From Botryllus schlosseri (lineage: Eukaryota), in assembly GCA_051294905.1 (NCBI GenBank), contig CM119372.1, positions 28,894,001-28,958,000 of the forward strand: a stretch of 64,000 nucleotides of DNA. Direction: 5' to 3'. The notes beneath the pieces are model-generated. The model was given only the letters and a program-made list of their open reading frames with translations, had not been told where the DNA came from and searched no databases. The position numbers and the translations under genes were made by a program. Shown here piece by piece: positions 61,721 to 64,000 of the stretch. Numbering within the stretch: position 1 is the stretch's first letter; each line of letters begins with the position of its first letter.

Positions 61721-63526
61721 CTTATGACAAGTACACACTCTCTCACTACTAATATACGATGGTCAGAAACGAAATCTAGGGAGTAGTCAAATACCATATG
61801 TCTACATCAGTGGTTCCCAACCTTTTTGGATGTCGGAGCCGCATTTCAAACATCAGAGTATGTATGGGGCCGCATGAAAACACGTTATAGGTAGGGCTGC
61901 ATTTAAAACAAATGGCTGTTTAAAACACTTCGTTTAAAACATGTTTTAAACAGTGTTTTAAACAAAGGCCTTTGAAAAAAATTGCTTTTTTCAAGTTGTA
62001 AAATTATGCCATAATTGTGTACATTAGAGATGTCCATAATTTGGAAAATCTCAAAATTGATGCGTATCCATGTCTCATTATATGGATTATTCATAAAAAG
62101 CGTCAATGACCCTGCAGTAAGCTCACAGGAAAGTCGTTAGGATCTGTCTAAATGCGTTTGAAAGTAGCTGCTGTAGAGAGGGCGTGCCAGCAACCATAGA
62201 ACGCGCCCTGCAAATTTTAATGGTTCACGGTCACTTGGAAAATCAACACAAAGCAACGCGCTATAGTTTTTACTAGATCATAGTTCCCAGCAGCCGGGGT
62301 GATTTTGAGTAAAAAGGGGGCGAAAATATCAAGGGCGGCGACGGGGGGGGGGGGGGGCGATAGGGGGTGAAAATATTAAAACGTTTAGTCATATATACTT
62401 AATTAACACGGTCAAAAATCAACGTGAAGATGATCTATTCTGCATCTGACGCCGAAAGGTCCGAAAGTAAACGCGGAAACCGGTTTTCTGAGCACCTAAC
62501 ACATTTTCGGTACAGTAAATTCACCAGCGATGAGAGTTAAGTGAATACATTTTCAGAATATATGTCATTTTCGGATCCATAAATACGTGGGGCGAAAATT
62601 TGTGTCGAGCAATGCGTCGAAAAAGGTTGGGAAACACTATTCTGGATCAATATGACTGGTGTATCTGCGACTTTGCGATGACCTGTTTGGTTACGTTTTG
62701 GACATCGCATTCAGCACAATAAACAATAGGATATACCCACCAAAACACGACAGGAAAGTAGCGATGCAAAGTTACGCGAGTCAACAAAACTAAGAACTCG
62801 TAATTTTCTCACAAAGACGCCGACCCAGGCGAAAATAAACAACGTCAGGATTACGAATGATATGATACTATACTAAATCATAGGGATGTTTATTATTTAT
62901 CGCGCGCGCGGGCTTCTAAAATATTCACGATGTAACATTCTGCCCCTGTATCCAATGTTCCCCACCTCAAATGTCGGACAACTAGATTTAATTGAGTAAG
63001 TACAGCAAGTGGAGGTAAAGTACTTGAGTATTTCGAAAAAGTAGAAGTACTTGGTCACTGACAACCTCTGAACAAAACCAAACTCAACCCTGGACTTTTT
63101 TTGTTAATGGCAATTATTAACATGCTAATTTGCCTGTTATGTCGTTCGATCGGTATGAAGTAACTTCCTCAATTTACGTCGCTTCTCATTTTGCAAATTG
63201 ATTCAAACAACTTAGTGAACGAGTTCCATGGCATTTTGATTTATTCACAGAGTAACACATATCGATCAGATGTACCGCAGATTAAAGGATAATATACTCA
63301 ATTACATTTCACATCGTGCACTTTCGCGTTGAGAAGTCGCGTATCTGCAACATGATTCATCCCATTGTCTTGTCTCCTTTCATTTTTCGGGATGAACTGA
63401 AATGAATTAAAAAGGTGATTTCGATCAAGAATAAAACCACTGGATAAATATGAAGAATCGATGGTATCTTCAATTGGAAAAGTCGAAATACATTTGAAAC
63501 TTTCTGTCTCAACGATGTGCTTTGAC

Positions 63527-63616
63527 ATGAGAGAGAGTCAACCGGCTTCTCTCGTGAGTGGGGTTGAGGAACCCCATCCCGCCGCACATAGTTTCCCTCG
63601 CCAGACATGGAATCAG
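63527..63616 (+). CDS. Possible first coding exon of a downstream gene
   Basis: ATG-initiated open frame MRESQPASLVSGVEEPHPAAHSFPRQTWNQ ends at a strong donor CAG|GTAAGA. No recognisable homology. Confidence 0.2.
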
Positions 63617-64000
63617 GTAAGACAGCCGTAGAAAATTGAAGGGACGGCTGCGAGGCCAGACGCGTATTGCCGAGGCGACTGTCGGTTTGCTTTGGTTTAC
63701 ATTCGTTTTTCTCTAGACGAACATTGATAATGCCTTATCCGAATATTGGGCTATAACAGCTGAAGGACCGCTAAGCTTCGAAATCCACTTTAGTCACAAC
63801 GAAATACCGTTATGATAATTGGTTATATAGGGCTAGGCTACATCGTTTCGTACAGGATCGGTCTTCTCATCTCGTGGGCCACTGCTATTCTGTGACGCAA
63901 TTTGGTATCTTGCAAATTTATGTCGACCGAGAAAACTTATCCGCATTATTTACATCAAAGTAATGAAAGAATATCAAGAGCCTTGGTGATATATAGATTT

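Overview
Eukaryotic (animal) genomic DNA that is AT-rich, has GT-AG introns (some only 61-65 nt) and is very dense in DNA transposons. An invertebrate chordate such as an ascidian is plausible, but that is inference only. From left to right: (1) a 993-bp tandem array of U1 snRNA genes with three full copies, a decayed fourth, and one hAT MITE insertion; (2) nested hAT elements; (3) a 4-exon KIF4/chromokinesin gene (- strand, ~1166 aa) with a 3-kb first coding exon, head-to-head with an 8-exon ARPC2 gene (+ strand, 298 aa), which is tail-to-tail with a 3-exon PLAC8/cornifelin-like gene; (4) a transposon-rich 27-64 kb region. The main discovery is a 19.7-kb element at 34916-54639 with Polinton/Maverick-type AGTAGT...ACTACT termini and a perfect 6-bp TSD (CCGCGA) but no recognisable Polinton core genes. 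It consists of two near-identical ~4.57-kb inverted arms plus a central hairpin. This fits a ~15.8-kb snap-back palindrome that later lost ~3.2 kb from one arm. Each arm carries a truncated Bcl-2/Mcl-1-like ORF (BH4+BH3). Later insertions into single arms include a frameshifted hAT transposase resembling oomycete/algal families and a small LTR element with an orphan ORF. All coordinates and alignments were read by eye; no database searches were run.
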